From contig NC_086118.1 of NCBI RefSeq assembly GCF_963921235.1, positions 13,022,001 through 13,086,000 of the forward strand: a stretch of DNA of 64,000 nt. The letters run 5' to 3'. Positions 63,809-64,000 of this stretch are shown here, piece after piece. The notes under the pieces are model-generated. The model saw only the letters and a program-made list of their open reading frames with translations. It ran no database searches and had not been told where the DNA came from. This stretch comes from Mobula hypostoma. Lineage: Eukaryota. How positions within the stretch are numbered: position 1 is the first letter of the stretch; each line of letters begins with the position of its first letter. Position numbers and translations under genes: made by a program.

Positions 63809-63992
63809 AATGTAACAGCCTCAGTACAGTCAGATTATGACTATAGAATGTAATAGCGTCATTACAGTCAGATTATGACTATAGAATGTAACAGCGTCAT
63901 TACAGTCAGATTATGACTATAGAATGTAACAGCCACATTACAGTCAGATTGTGACTATAGGATGTAACAGCCTCATTACAGTCAGATTATGA
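63809..63992 (+). repeat. 38-bp minisatellite, about 5 copies
   Basis: Unit AATGTAACAGCSTCATTACAGTCAGATTATGACTATAG, starting at 63809, 63847, 63885, 63923 and about 63961. Confidence 0.92.
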
Positions 63993-64000
63993 TGAGGCAA

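Noticed and set aside
63809..63992. CRISPR-like array
   Set aside because: Units are contiguous with no unique spacers, the context is eukaryotic, and there are no cas genes.

Overview
This is vertebrate, repeat-dense non-coding DNA (intergenic or intronic). The repeat mix of CR1 LINEs, V-SINE/HE1-like SINEs, Rex1/Babar LINEs and Penelope-like remnants suggests a cartilaginous fish such as a ray; this is inference. No host protein-coding exon could be supported, and nearly all long ORFs are retroelement-derived or antisense shadows of them. The main elements are: (1) a near-intact full-length CR1 at about 2947-7230, inserted into a decayed R4/Dong-type RLE retrotransposon; (2) a decayed Mag-like Ty3/Gypsy element at about 16150-22418, whose putative 3' LTR is split by a CR1, which is in turn split by a young Gmr1-like (SCAN-Gag) LTR element at 24436-29364 with 852-bp LTRs, a CTAT TSD and a collapsed pol; (3) a second R4/Dong copy at about 44230-49350, sitting in a TAA-rich tract and carrying three nested inserts; (4) many CR1, Rex1, SINE, Nimb and Penelope fragments. 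The most notable mechanistic signal is an in-phase U_UUA_AAC -1 frameshift heptamer at the ORF1/ORF2 junction of three divergent CR1 copies; in the two where the frame can be followed, ORF2 has no upstream ATG. All coordinates and identities were read by eye.
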